Virus record (IMG/VR): IMGVR_UViG_3300035498_001541
DNA from: an uncultured virus (IMG/VR IMGVR_UViG_3300035498_001541)
Taxonomy: Duplodnaviria > Heunggongvirae > Uroviricota > Caudoviricetes
Length of the DNA: 64,000 bases
Reading direction: 5' to 3' (one strand)
Shown: piece by piece, positions 10,601-19,187 of the stretch
Position numbering within the stretch: the first letter of the stretch is position 1
How the letters are laid out: each line of letters begins with the position of its first letter
Position numbers and translations under genes: made by a program
The notes under the pieces: model-generated
Database searches by the model: none
Told to the model about the DNA's origin: nothing
Seen by the model: the letters and a program-made list of their open reading frames with translations, nothing else

Positions 10601-13600
10601 AAGATACTGTTAAACAGAATACGACCTGCTGTACTTACATACCTAAATACTTCATCCCGCTCTGGACAGAAAGTAAACACTACAAGGTCGTATGGCTCAA
10701 TCATACCGCTGAACACGTCCAACTCAATCTCTGTGATAGAGTTGTAATAGTACGCATCACTGATACTCTGTGTGCAAACTTCTGCATTATCTTTAAGCAT
10801 AGTTGCACAATAGCACCCAAGCGTAATATCCTGTGTATGCTCAAGCATTACAGAACTGTTCTTAGGATTGATAAAGTCAACTTTTGGACTAAGTTTCTCA
10901 ATAGCCTCGTCCCTAGCCTCCTTAGACATCATACCAGTAAGCCACATCTGGTCACCATCAAAGTCCGCATTATATCCCTTACACACCAGAGAATTAATCT
11001 CTATGGTCTTAGACCAAATAGGTACCGGATAAAAGGCACGAATACTATATTTATGCAGTGAAGGCTGACGACCTGCTAAAACCACCTGTGGCTCCTTTGC
11101 ATTGCCATCAATATCCTTGTCGCCAAAGAAGCACATAATCCACTGCTTCATCTTAACAAATGCAGTCCCCGCATTCATCTCGAAAGCTGATGCAAGGTTA
11201 TTCTTTTTCTTCTGATAAATCTTTGTAAATCTTTCCTGATTATTCAGAGCCAACTGCAAAAACAGCTTAGACCATACACTATTTGGAATATGCTCCTCTG
11301 ATGAAAGCATCTTCTTGAAATACGCAATCAGAGGTACCTCGTAAATCACTACAAGCATCTCTACCGGTACACCAAGTTGCAATGGACTAATCTCATACCT
11401 AGCCGGAGAAATTACAGCACGACCTGCACAGAAAACTCTCTTAGACTGTGTAGCAGACCTAATCTTTCCATGCCCTTTATCGTCCTTACCAACAAAGTAC
11501 TCCATCACACCTTTAAACTTGCTGTCCTTACCTTGATTAGAAGAACCAATTAAGTCTTTAATCCTATCATATAGCATCTTCACATTTACTGTGGAAGGGT
11601 CTGCTTTTACATTCCTTGCCGCAGTCAAAATCTGCTCATAGAAGTGGTCAAAGTCAGAGGTAGCATGTCTTGTGCTTGCCATTTTTATCTCTGGTCTAAA
11701 GGACTGTGGCAATACTGGATAAGTACTCGTCACATAGTCACTTGGAGACTGCCCAGAATCATTGAAGCTCTTCACCATATTATAACCTTTTATCAGACTC
11801 AAGTATGATGGCTTCTCCAAAGCCTTAGGGTCTCCAGCTGCTTTCTCTACAGCCTTGTCAACCTTATCTTTGAGTTTTTGCTCCATCTCTTCAGTATCGC
11901 AATGCTCCACCATATAAACCAGAGCTTCCATACCAGTTCTTAGGTATCCTTTATACTCATCAGACAAAGCATCAACACAAGTGAACCCTTTTTCCTCTTT
12001 GGCACTGTAAACACTATAGTCATTACCAGACATACCATTAGGAATCAATACAAAAATCTCTCCGCTAATAATCCGGTACATCATTGAACTGTTTAATCCA
12101 GAATAACTATCACTACTCTTGCAAAGTGTAATATACTTAAAAATCTGGTCTTTCTCCACCCACTGTGGATGAATTATCTTTGTACCAAGCTCAATATAGC
12201 TCCAATGCCTCTTGGCATCATTCTTATCTAAAGCCGAATTGCTCCTACCGAAAAGTACGGTACTGTGCAAGTTATCCTTAGACTCAACAGGGCTAGAACT
12301 TAGTGCTCTAATCCTACTATCTGTCAATGGCACAAGCTCATAACAGTCTTCGCCACTATTACTAACAAACTCTGCACCCATCAAGCGGATAAAAGCCTGA
12401 AAAGTTACATCGTTATTATTCTGCCCTTCAATACTCTCTGGAAGTTCTCCCTCGTACCCTGCAGTAGTAGCTTTGTACTTCTCTCTAGCTACCACATCAT
12501 CTGATTGAAAACTGTACAAGTCGTGTAGTACATTAAAAGCACCTACACCATGCAGACACCAGTTCTCCATCTCACCGAAACTCTGGCCACCTTTATTCTT
12601 CTTACCTTTCTTTGGCTGTAAAAAGACCGGGTCAACTGGAGCATCCATACCAATAGCATGAATCTTACCAGCAGCAATATGCTCCAGCTTGTTCATATAG
12701 ATAACACCGGTATTGATCTTTCTCTTGAAAGGCAACCCAGTCCTACCATCAATAAGCTCAGTCGGATGCACATTAAACTGTTCGACCTGCTCCTTCACAA
12801 ACTTCAAATCATCTGGATGATATGCCGATACATATGATTGTTTTCCATCCAACAACCGGCACATACCTAAAGCTACCTCAATAAGCTGTGACAAGTTCTG
12901 TCTGGAAGGCACACCCAAAGGATTACAAATAATATCCAATGACCTACCAAGAGTAGGATTGTAAGGCATCTGCTCCTCCGGTACAATCTTTGCGATTACA
13001 CCTTTGTTTCCATGACGTCCTGCAAGCTTATCACCGCACTCAATATCAGCACGCAGTACCAGTACTACCTTGGCAACTTCTTCACCTTTCTCATTTGCAA
13101 TATAGGACTTTACTACCTGCCCGGCCATACTAGACCCAAGTCTTGTGTATTTCACATTGGTAGATGAACTGTCCTTGTGCAGCTTAGAAATAACCTTGTC
13201 GCCTGGCAGTAGCTTTGTGCCAACCTTAGGCAAACCCCTGTAATCAAAGTACCCAGAGTTAGCAACATCCTTTACACCAAACTTTTCAATATATGTCCCA
13301 TTCTCATCAGAGTGGCAAGTCTCCTCAATCAGCATAAAACGCTTATGAGTTAAAGTCTCATCGAATACAAGCCTATCACTGATTACAATAGCATCATCAA
13401 TACTCCTAGATTCATACGTCTTGTAACCACAATATAGATTCTTACCAAGAGCAAGACCTCTGTTCAAATCTTTGTCTTTAATATCCAATCCGCCGTAATC
13501 CAAAAGGTCAACACGCTCAGACCCCTTCAAAGAATACCCTGTATTGTATGCAACAACATCTTCTGGCGAATACCTACGATTCTTTACATGGTTCAGTTTA

Positions 13601-15876
13601 AAAGAAAAACTGCTCTCTTCAAAGTTCCGCATATTATACGGCACTGTCAGAGAAGTCTTATCATTAAGCTTTCCTTTCTCACCATTCCTCAATGCAACAG
13701 CATCAACAACGAAAGTAAATACCCTAGTCTCTCCGACTTCCTTAATTCCAAAGAGAGTCAGAGTACTATTCATAATATCGTCTTTCATTGTCTTAAAGAC
13801 TTCGTTCTCATTCACATGGCTGTTATAGTAATTGAGCAAGATATCCTTCCCCAAATACACACCAAAGTCAACAATGCTCTCGCACCCAGTACCAACTAAA
13901 GGTCTTTCCGGATTCACTGTGTCAACAGTCTGCTTCTGCTGGTTACATGACATGGTAATACGTTTACCATTACTATGCCCCGGAAACGTAACCATTGCAT
14001 GAGTCAAGGACATAGACTGCAAATTGGAGAACTCCTTGTAATGCACCTTATCTACATCAACGACCTTTACGTCTCCATCGCACAGCACACGTATCTTCTG
14101 CTTCTTTGAACCATCCTCATTAAGGAAGGTCTCATTCCACATAGCAATATTCTTTCCTGTCGCTTCAACAGCACTAACCATTACTGGCTCATCAGACACC
14201 ACCTCACCATTACGTACAACAAGGTACGGTGTCGTAATATATCCAGCCTCATCTGTCTCGGCTAAAAGAGTTTTGTGATGCACAATACCAATCTTCGCAG
14301 ACTCTGGTGAATCGTACGGGTCAAGTCTGCCTTCCTGTGTATCCTGTACACTAATCATTTCAACATTGGCATTATTAGCATTTATCTTAGAAGAAATCTT
14401 ACTACTCTTAGACGTGAAAGCAACAATATTACACATCTCACTCATCTGACCATTGCTGAGCTTTGTATCCCGTACGCGGTCAATAAACTCATTCATATTG
14501 AGATTGTAGTTGGTCACAACATGAGTAAGAGATTCCTCCGAATTCGCTACAGAACGCTCAATCTCAGACAGAACCTTTGCCACGTTATTAGAGATAATAT
14601 CACTTGCGATATCTCCAAAAGGAACACACACTCTGTTCGTGAGCTCATACTGTTTATCGAAAACATCAAGACCGTTAAGGTTATCCATCCACATACTAAA
14701 TCCTGTGAAGATATCATCAATGCACAGAACATCAGCAGTGGCTCTTCTCATAATAGTCTCAACTCCGGAGCTGCTCTTTGCTTTTACTTTCAGCTTTGTT
14801 AGCTCGGACCCATTCAGCATAGCCAATTCGTCAAGACCTAAGATAGTGCCGGACTTCAAACCCAAAACATCTTCAGCAAGAATCATCCCGTATGCTCTAA
14901 AGGTCAGTGAGGAAAACTTCTTCAAGTCAAAAACCTTTCCGTCGTGATTAATCTTCAAAGACGAAATAGGTGCAGCATCCAGCACTTCGAGAATTTCATT
15001 CGTTAATACAGTGCCAGCCTCAAAAACTGTCCCGCCAATTCTTACAGTTTCTGCTAACAGCTTACCAACAGCACGATGTTTAAAAGACTGAAGATTCTCA
15101 AATCTATCATGATTGTAAGAACCAAGATTGAGATTATGCTTCTTGTACAAAGCACCCTCAATAGCATCCAATCTCAGCTTTGCAGAATTTGCAGAATCAG
15201 AGGTAGCCTTTCCTAAAATAGCTTCTGCTGTAATCTTAATACACTCACTGCGGCTTACATCCTTCAAGTGGTCTTCGCTACTAAAAGCAGCAATCACAAA
15301 AGGATTAGAATGCCCGAACATTTCCATCAGCTCATAGTTACTCATTCCAGTCAAAGCTCTAAAGAAAACCGATACCGGAATGGAATTCTTTTCGTTTGTC
15401 CCTTTCACCTTAAAGGTCACTAACGGCTTTCTCTTTGTATCGTACGAAAACTCAAATGAACGACCATACTTTCCGGACACCTTAGCAGTGATAGTTGGGT
15501 ACTGCTCTGTATTCCTTTTCTGATAAGCAAACAGCCATCCGGTCATCTTCTCATAAGCATCAAGAACCTGCATATAGTTCCCATTAATCTTGAAACCTAA
15601 TTCCTGAAATGCAGGCATATGAAGGAGGTCAACATTAAACTCGATAGCCTCCTTACTGACTTTATTTGTAAGAACACACTTCATTCTGACAGGATAATAT
15701 TCCGTCCCTCTATCCTGCTTAATATCCTCCAAGTTAATGGGGAACATCTCACATGAAATATTATAGGTATCCGAAATATCTTTACTCCCGGCAGAAATAA
15801 TCTCTGGAAATCTTCTTTTTATCAAATCATTAAAGGCAACACGCTGGTTGTCCCTCAACTCATTTGCGCTTTTCAT
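7651..15876 (-). CDS. rpoBC: Fused beta-beta' multisubunit-type DNA-directed RNA polymerase (about 2741 aa)
   Basis: Beta motifs GDKLAGRHGNKGV, NPLGVPSRQN and GGQSFGEME; beta' motifs PVLPQSFRP, RQPSLHK, catalytic YNADFDGDQM (10951-10971), SGARG and AAQAIGEP, all in one uninterrupted ORF. Start placed at ATG 15876 behind GGAGG. Confidence 0.95.
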   Translation of the reverse strand: MKSANELRDNQRVAFNDLIKRRFPEIISAGSKDISDTYNISCEMFPINLEDIKQDRGTEYYPVRMKCVLTNKVSKEAIEFNVDLLHMPAFQELGFKINGNYMQVLDAYEKMTGWLFAYQKRNTEQYPTITAKVSGKYGRSFEFSYDTKRKPLVTFKVKGTNEKNSIPVSVFFRALTGMSNYELMEMFGHSNPFVIAAFSSEDHLKDVSRSECIKITAEAILGKATSDSANSAKLRLDAIEGALYKKHNLNLGSYNHDRFENLQSFKHRAVGKLLAETVRIGGTVFEAGTVLTNEILEVLDAAPISSLKINHDGKVFDLKKFSSLTFRAYGMILAEDVLGLKSGTILGLDELAMLNGSELTKLKVKAKSSSGVETIMRRATADVLCIDDIFTGFSMWMDNLNGLDVFDKQYELTNRVCVPFGDIASDIISNNVAKVLSEIERSVANSEESLTHVVTNYNLNMNEFIDRVRDTKLSNGQMSEMCNIVAFTSKSSKISSKINANNANVEMISVQDTQEGRLDPYDSPESAKIGIVHHKTLLAETDEAGYITTPYLVVRNGEVVSDEPVMVSAVEATGKNIAMWNETFLNEDGSKKQKIRVLCDGDVKVVDVDKVHYKEFSNLQSMSLTHAMVTFPGHSNGKRITMSCNQQKQTVDTVNPERPLVGTGCESIVDFGVYLGKDILLNYYNSHVNENEVFKTMKDDIMNSTLTLFGIKEVGETRVFTFVVDAVALRNGEKGKLNDKTSLTVPYNMRNFEESSFSFKLNHVKNRRYSPEDVVAYNTGYSLKGSERVDLLDYGGLDIKDKDLNRGLALGKNLYCGYKTYESRSIDDAIVISDRLVFDETLTHKRFMLIEETCHSDENGTYIEKFGVKDVANSGYFDYRGLPKVGTKLLPGDKVISKLHKDSSSTNVKYTRLGSSMAGQVVKSYIANEKGEEVAKVVLVLRADIECGDKLAGRHGNKGVIAKIVPEEQMPYNPTLGRSLDIICNPLGVPSRQNLSQLIEVALGMCRLLDGKQSYVSAYHPDDLKFVKEQVEQFNVHPTELIDGRTGLPFKRKINTGVIYMNKLEHIAAGKIHAIGMDAPVDPVFLQPKKGKKNKGGQSFGEMENWCLHGVGAFNVLHDLYSFQSDDVVAREKYKATTAGYEGELPESIEGQNNNDVTFQAFIRLMGAEFVSNSGEDCYELVPLTDSRIRALSSSPVESKDNLHSTVLFGRSNSALDKNDAKRHWSYIELGTKIIHPQWVEKDQIFKYITLCKSSDSYSGLNSSMMYRIISGEIFVLIPNGMSGNDYSVYSAKEEKGFTCVDALSDEYKGYLRTGMEALVYMVEHCDTEEMEQKLKDKVDKAVEKAAGDPKALEKPSYLSLIKGYNMVKSFNDSGQSPSDYVTSTYPVLPQSFRPEIKMASTRHATSDFDHFYEQILTAARNVKADPSTVNVKMLYDRIKDLIGSSNQGKDSKFKGVMEYFVGKDDKGHGKIRSATQSKRVFCAGRAVISPARYEISPLQLGVPVEMLVVIYEVPLIAYFKKMLSSEEHIPNSVWSKLFLQLALNNQERFTKIYQKKKNNLASAFEMNAGTAFVKMKQWIMCFFGDKDIDGNAKEPQVVLAGRQPSLHKYSIRAFYPVPIWSKTIEINSLVCKGYNADFDGDQMWLTGMMSKEARDEAIEKLSPKVDFINPKNSSVMLEHTQDITLGCYCATMLKDNAEVCTQSISDAYYYNSITEIELDVFSGMIEPYDLVVFTFCPERDEVFRYVSTAGRILFNSIFEDGFTEEPFDNPLNLAGIDTSKFYKLKYDGVITSGKGGKEPLVYYNLQEICKQLYLDSDETASGCISAYYDIEKFGFKFSDLFGVSISIDDLDIENNKKQILEEVNAKRALIEQDQQNGLIAEEDAKDAILSLYTDKKFGANQKIQNTLVENISRNNNLFIMMDSGARGNLSQLMHMCGAIGVLEKTKVENMSDSVTSNYYEGLDTFDVHMASYSSRTGVASTQRETRDAGFSTRKVVYMTDGFKITASDCGKTDWWYDVVWDDRIDELSRFEPSSEWFDEKLRGNELISCDIEVPTENGVLGDEAFSLLQSEGFNQITIRDSKGEHSIVAEPDILLGSVVSSADTENKKKFAFLVDENEELTTDAIQAFDNYKVMNIATNYGNLECRYTMTKACRSELLYREAKEIKYLSARTNHTTGEIVNVITPETLDYIERDGVSRIQARVMLDCKAKNGVCAHCYGLKYSNLQLPEVGEVVGTEAAQAIGEPAAQLTMNVVNKGGAAGSSLSSGVQTFNAYLNGSVVGGSSAKVASIPEFSGYARISKMDDAATISIEPVDKENCEMCQKCLASAGGHCPLQDLNKSSDPLCMVPEKVPNEMLSVKNGEWVDSGYPVTKYPLVADGIHSVKDDKSVDVVLRRKQMIWIHNYYNIFHDSSIDINARHFEILVIVQNQHAIVTSSDNPQFAIGGVYKISDLMAAGDSVQYMMKTADNKDTILRNSGLIAALTFAEQAPVIARATMSDLKSDCATNNSPIGNISIGQEVGSSELKVLSNPVSDSLFGDISLEDDTETEEDYIQMIESAGFGGGDSSFDMDFFDDSILLDEPESVEEPVAQSDGLGAMDAFSSVEKEEPVEEAEELVEESNTVECTIRYFLNSELLTECTQVREISIGSPVVADVSVLPSGCILSPGTVDSLIAERGKTEYEFYYVTDFTEQDFDEFEDDFDFDDDVDFEASASTEDSEEKEDNPEIAGNSSGEVDSMNFF

Positions 15877-16102
15877 ATTGTCCCTCCAAATTCTTAATTT
15901 CCTGCTCAGACGTAGCATCAACTAAGATACTCCGCAGCAACTTACTGTATTCATTACCCTGTGCATTCAACAATGTCCATTTGTATGCTGAAATCACACT
16001 CTGTAGGGGTACAAAAGACGGGTAATCATATAGCATGGCTATCATACACTGGTCTGGCATTACAGCCTCAGTGTTCACAAATAAATCCACGAATTTTTTC
16101 AT
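15860..16102 (-). CDS. Hypothetical protein overlapping the RNAP start
   Basis: Likely start MKKFVDLF; tightly packed with neighbours. Confidence 0.6.
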   Translation of the reverse strand: MKKFVDLFVNTEAVMPDQCMIAMLYDYPSFVPLQSVISAYKWTLLNAQGNEYSKLLRSILVDATSEQEIKNLEGQYEKRK

Positions 16103-16106
16103 ATTC

Positions 16107-16370
16107 TCACTTAACCTTTTCGTAATAGCATAAACCTTCTTGCTCCGGAACAACATCCTGCTGTTCAAAAACCCTCTCAACGTACGCATCTGTCGTGGAA
16201 TCTTTTACCCCTAATCTTCCAAGACATACCCTAGTGCCAAAATACTCATAAAGCTGTTTGGCAAAATCCTCGTCATTAAACACTCTGACAAAATCATCAT
16301 CCCCAAGATAATAGTCAGGAGCTCCTGGTGCGTTAATTGCACCATTTTCCGTTAAAATCACATTTGTCAT
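16107..16370 (-). CDS. Hypothetical protein
   Basis: 87 aa with GAGGTG RBS. Confidence 0.7.
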   Translation of the reverse strand: MTNVILTENGAINAPGAPDYYLGDDDFVRVFNDEDFAKQLYEYFGTRVCLGRLGVKDSTTDAYVERVFEQQDVVPEQEGLCYYEKVK

Positions 16371-16380
16371 ATCTCACACC

Positions 16381-16614
16381 TCAAAATAAGTCTAAACTGG
16401 CTGTGGCAACCGCTAAGTTCTTTGAGTTACTTGCCATACCACCATTCGCACCAACTGACATTCCGTCATCCACAAGGTCAGTATTCAGCTCACTGATTAA
16501 ATCATCATGGCTTTCCTGACTGTCTTCCTGTGTGTTTACTTGCCAAAGTGATGTTGGTGCACCAGACACTTCATGCATAGATACAACTTCGCTGTCTATT
16601 AGTTTCTTAGTCAT
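16381..16614 (-). CDS. Small acidic, probably disordered protein ending SLDLF
   Basis: 77 aa; overlaps the upstream gene. Confidence 0.65.
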   Translation of the reverse strand: MTKKLIDSEVVSMHEVSGAPTSLWQVNTQEDSQESHDDLISELNTDLVDDGMSVGANGGMASNSKNLAVATASLDLF

Positions 16615-17467
16615 AATTCATCATCTCCTTACACTGACCTAATGCAAAATTTACAAAATCCAAATCGGTTATCTTTACTCCGTAATTCCCGAACTCACTA
16701 ATCTTTTCCTGTACAAACTTCACAAGTTCATCCATTGTCATACTCTTGCATTTGTTTGGCAAAACATTCACCAAATACCTTGTGGCAATCATAGACAAAT
16801 TATCGTCCGAATAGTCTTCAAAGTACTTCGCAGCCTCATCCGCAATTCTCTCTGCTGTACTATTATCCACGTACTGCAGAACAGTCTCATCTTCTAGCCA
16901 CATACTAAACAGGTCAACAACACTAAGAGAATTGAAAATCCATACATAGTAATTTATCAAATCCTCAAAATACCTGTACTCGTAGTTACTTACAATAAAA
17001 TCTGTTATAGCAGAATTCTTCTCTACTGAGGCTCGCATAATAGTCATTAGCTTAATAGCGTATTCCTTTACAGTCTCGCTATCACTAAAGGCTTTCATCT
17101 CTTTTACATCCTCAAAGCTTGCAAGCTTGTTTACAGCCCTAAACTTTATCTTGTAGCACTCATCCTGTTCCTCTTTGCTAAACTCCCTACCGCTTTTAAT
17201 CAGCAGCTCAAGATAGAAAAGATTATCCCAAAACTGCACATCGTCTTCCTGTAATCTCTGAATTATCTCCTGATTACTTACCGGATTAGTAGCCACCAGC
17301 TTACTTACAAACCTGTCAAAGTCTCTCCTAAGCTCCAGCTCCTCCGTAGAAACAGAAACATGGGCCTCTGTACCAAGATTCACTATCTTGTAAAACCAAA
17401 GCTTTATCAATCTGTCAGAATACACTCGTTTATTTCTTGGGTCATAGTACGTTAATTCCTCATCCAT
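16607..17467 (-). CDS. Hypothetical acidic protein (286 aa)
   Basis: ORF coupled to the ligase gene. Confidence 0.75.
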   Translation of the reverse strand: MDEELTYYDPRNKRVYSDRLIKLWFYKIVNLGTEAHVSVSTEELELRRDFDRFVSKLVATNPVSNQEIIQRLQEDDVQFWDNLFYLELLIKSGREFSKEEQDECYKIKFRAVNKLASFEDVKEMKAFSDSETVKEYAIKLMTIMRASVEKNSAITDFIVSNYEYRYFEDLINYYVWIFNSLSVVDLFSMWLEDETVLQYVDNSTAERIADEAAKYFEDYSDDNLSMIATRYLVNVLPNKCKSMTMDELVKFVQEKISEFGNYGVKITDLDFVNFALGQCKEMMNYD

Positions 17468-18701
17468 CTATTTCACCCTCCAATACAGCTTTTAGCTTAT
17501 CACCGTATAACAAAACATTGATTGCATTACTGTTTCTTTCAAAGTACACTGTATTACCAATCTGTGCATTACTCTGAAACAAAATATCCGGATTAAAGCA
17601 GTTGATAAACTCTGCCTTAGCTCCATCATGAGTTCTTACAGTTTCTATCTCAACTCTGATAGACTGAAAAACCCTCTGCTGTTTCACCTTGATATCTTTG
17701 ACAACTCCCTTGTAGTACTTGTTACCCCAATACTCAAACTTTAGAGCAAGCTGTCGGCTCACATATTGATTCTTTTCTTCTCCAAGCCAACTATAGTCAT
17801 TCACCTCGATTACTACACCGTCTGACGGAATCCCTTTACCTTGCTCCCAAATCACATCCAGTATCTCTTTCTTCACCCATACTTTAAAGCTATCAAAATC
17901 AGCAGGAATTTCTTTCCAGCTAAACTTCTTGTATGGTGGAACATCAATACCAACCTGTTGCAACTTCTCGAACAATTCAGCATGAGTATCAGTAAAACCC
18001 TCCACGCTAAACACTCTAGTCTTAAGCCACTTGTAATCTTCCCGGTCATGTGCAACACGTAGCATACTGATAGCCGCGGACTTACTCGTCACATACCCAT
18101 TCGGCTTCTTGTACTTCTCACGTAAGTAAGGAAGTGCTTCCTCTAACACATAGCTCTCTCCAACTACTTTCTGTGTCTTAGCACCGGTATCAAAATGGAA
18201 AGGCATTACCTTAGCAGAATTCTCAGTATAGTCAAAAGAGTTTCCGGCATTTCTACCTCTACTCAGACTAATCTTAAATTCTCCATCCACATAGAGCATC
18301 TTGGTATTTACACCATCCATTTTCAAAGATGCTACAAAGTCCTGCTTTGCACTACGCAACATCCTGAAAAACTCAAATGCAGTCTCATAGTCATGAGCAG
18401 ACTTAATACTCAGAGACTTATCCTCATTAAGATAGCTATAGTATTCAGAGCCAATTCCACTACTCACTGTTTGGATTGGTTTTACTCCAATTTCTTTTAG
18501 CAACTCGTATGGGACCGGGTCATCATCATAGGTTCTGTCCAGATACTCTTTATACCTATCGTAACAATTCTCTCGAAAGTATTTCTCGATAGTGTCGTAT
18601 TGTGCATCAGTAATAATAGGCTCACCATTACGATAGAAGTATCGTGCTAAAATAAACAAAGCACCGTATATCCGATTATCAATCAAATCCTGTATTGACA
18701 T
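17460..18701 (-). CDS. ligA: NAD-dependent DNA ligase, minimal form (adenylation + OB domains)
   Basis: Ia-domain YRNGEPIITDAQYD, motif I LKMDG, SRG, SDGVV and ALKF; only 413 aa. Confidence 0.85.
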   Translation of the reverse strand: MSIQDLIDNRIYGALFILARYFYRNGEPIITDAQYDTIEKYFRENCYDRYKEYLDRTYDDDPVPYELLKEIGVKPIQTVSSGIGSEYYSYLNEDKSLSIKSAHDYETAFEFFRMLRSAKQDFVASLKMDGVNTKMLYVDGEFKISLSRGRNAGNSFDYTENSAKVMPFHFDTGAKTQKVVGESYVLEEALPYLREKYKKPNGYVTSKSAAISMLRVAHDREDYKWLKTRVFSVEGFTDTHAELFEKLQQVGIDVPPYKKFSWKEIPADFDSFKVWVKKEILDVIWEQGKGIPSDGVVIEVNDYSWLGEEKNQYVSRQLALKFEYWGNKYYKGVVKDIKVKQQRVFQSIRVEIETVRTHDGAKAEFINCFNPDILFQSNAQIGNTVYFERNSNAINVLLYGDKLKAVLEGEIDG

Positions 18702-18704
18702 TTC

Positions 18705-19127
18705 TTACCTCCTAGCAATCCTGCTCTCATACTTTTCTAAATCTTCGTACTCCGACAGTTCATCAGACTCCTCTTCAACACTGTCGAAATCAAAGCTACT
18801 CATCACAAGCACTTTAGCTGGCTGCTCAGCTTCTTTCTTCTTTTCCCAAACACCTTGGCACTTACCTGCTTTCTTAATAAAAACGTGCTTCGATGCAATA
18901 ACCTTAACATCCAGAAATCTAAACCTCTTTGAGGTAAAGACATCGTAATCAACCCACCCATAGGACTCAATCACTATACTTACACTATCGTGCTCAGAGC
19001 CACCACCACGCTGAATACACTTATACTGCTCTGAGAACTCAATACTAATTGCACTACCATACAAAGGTATTAGTTGCTCAATCAGCTTATCTACAGTAGA
19101 CTTTCTCCCAGTAATTACAATTTTCAT
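18705..19127 (-). CDS. Hypothetical protein
   Basis: 140 aa with RBS. Confidence 0.7.
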   Translation of the reverse strand: MKIVITGRKSTVDKLIEQLIPLYGSAISIEFSEQYKCIQRGGGSEHDSVSIVIESYGWVDYDVFTSKRFRFLDVKVIASKHVFIKKAGKCQGVWEKKKEAEQPAKVLVMSSFDFDSVEEESDELSEYEDLEKYESRIARR

Positions 19128-19156
19128 ACCAGCACCCCTCCCTGCATTTTCTTCAC

Positions 19157-19187
19157 AAAAATAGAGGAAGGTTTTATCCTTCCTCTA
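19157..19187 (-). terminator. Intrinsic terminator after the PBP gene
   Basis: TAGAGGAAGG/CCTTCCTCTA stem plus T-run on the minus strand. Confidence 0.7.

Noticed and set aside
7651..15876. Intein or intron in the RNAP
   Set aside because: No splicing or LAGLIDADG motifs were seen; the length is explained by beta plus beta' plus the tail.
15877..15921. Longer RNAP N-terminus given in the ORF track
   Set aside because: It overlaps the upstream gene, and a GGAGG RBS precedes ATG 15876.
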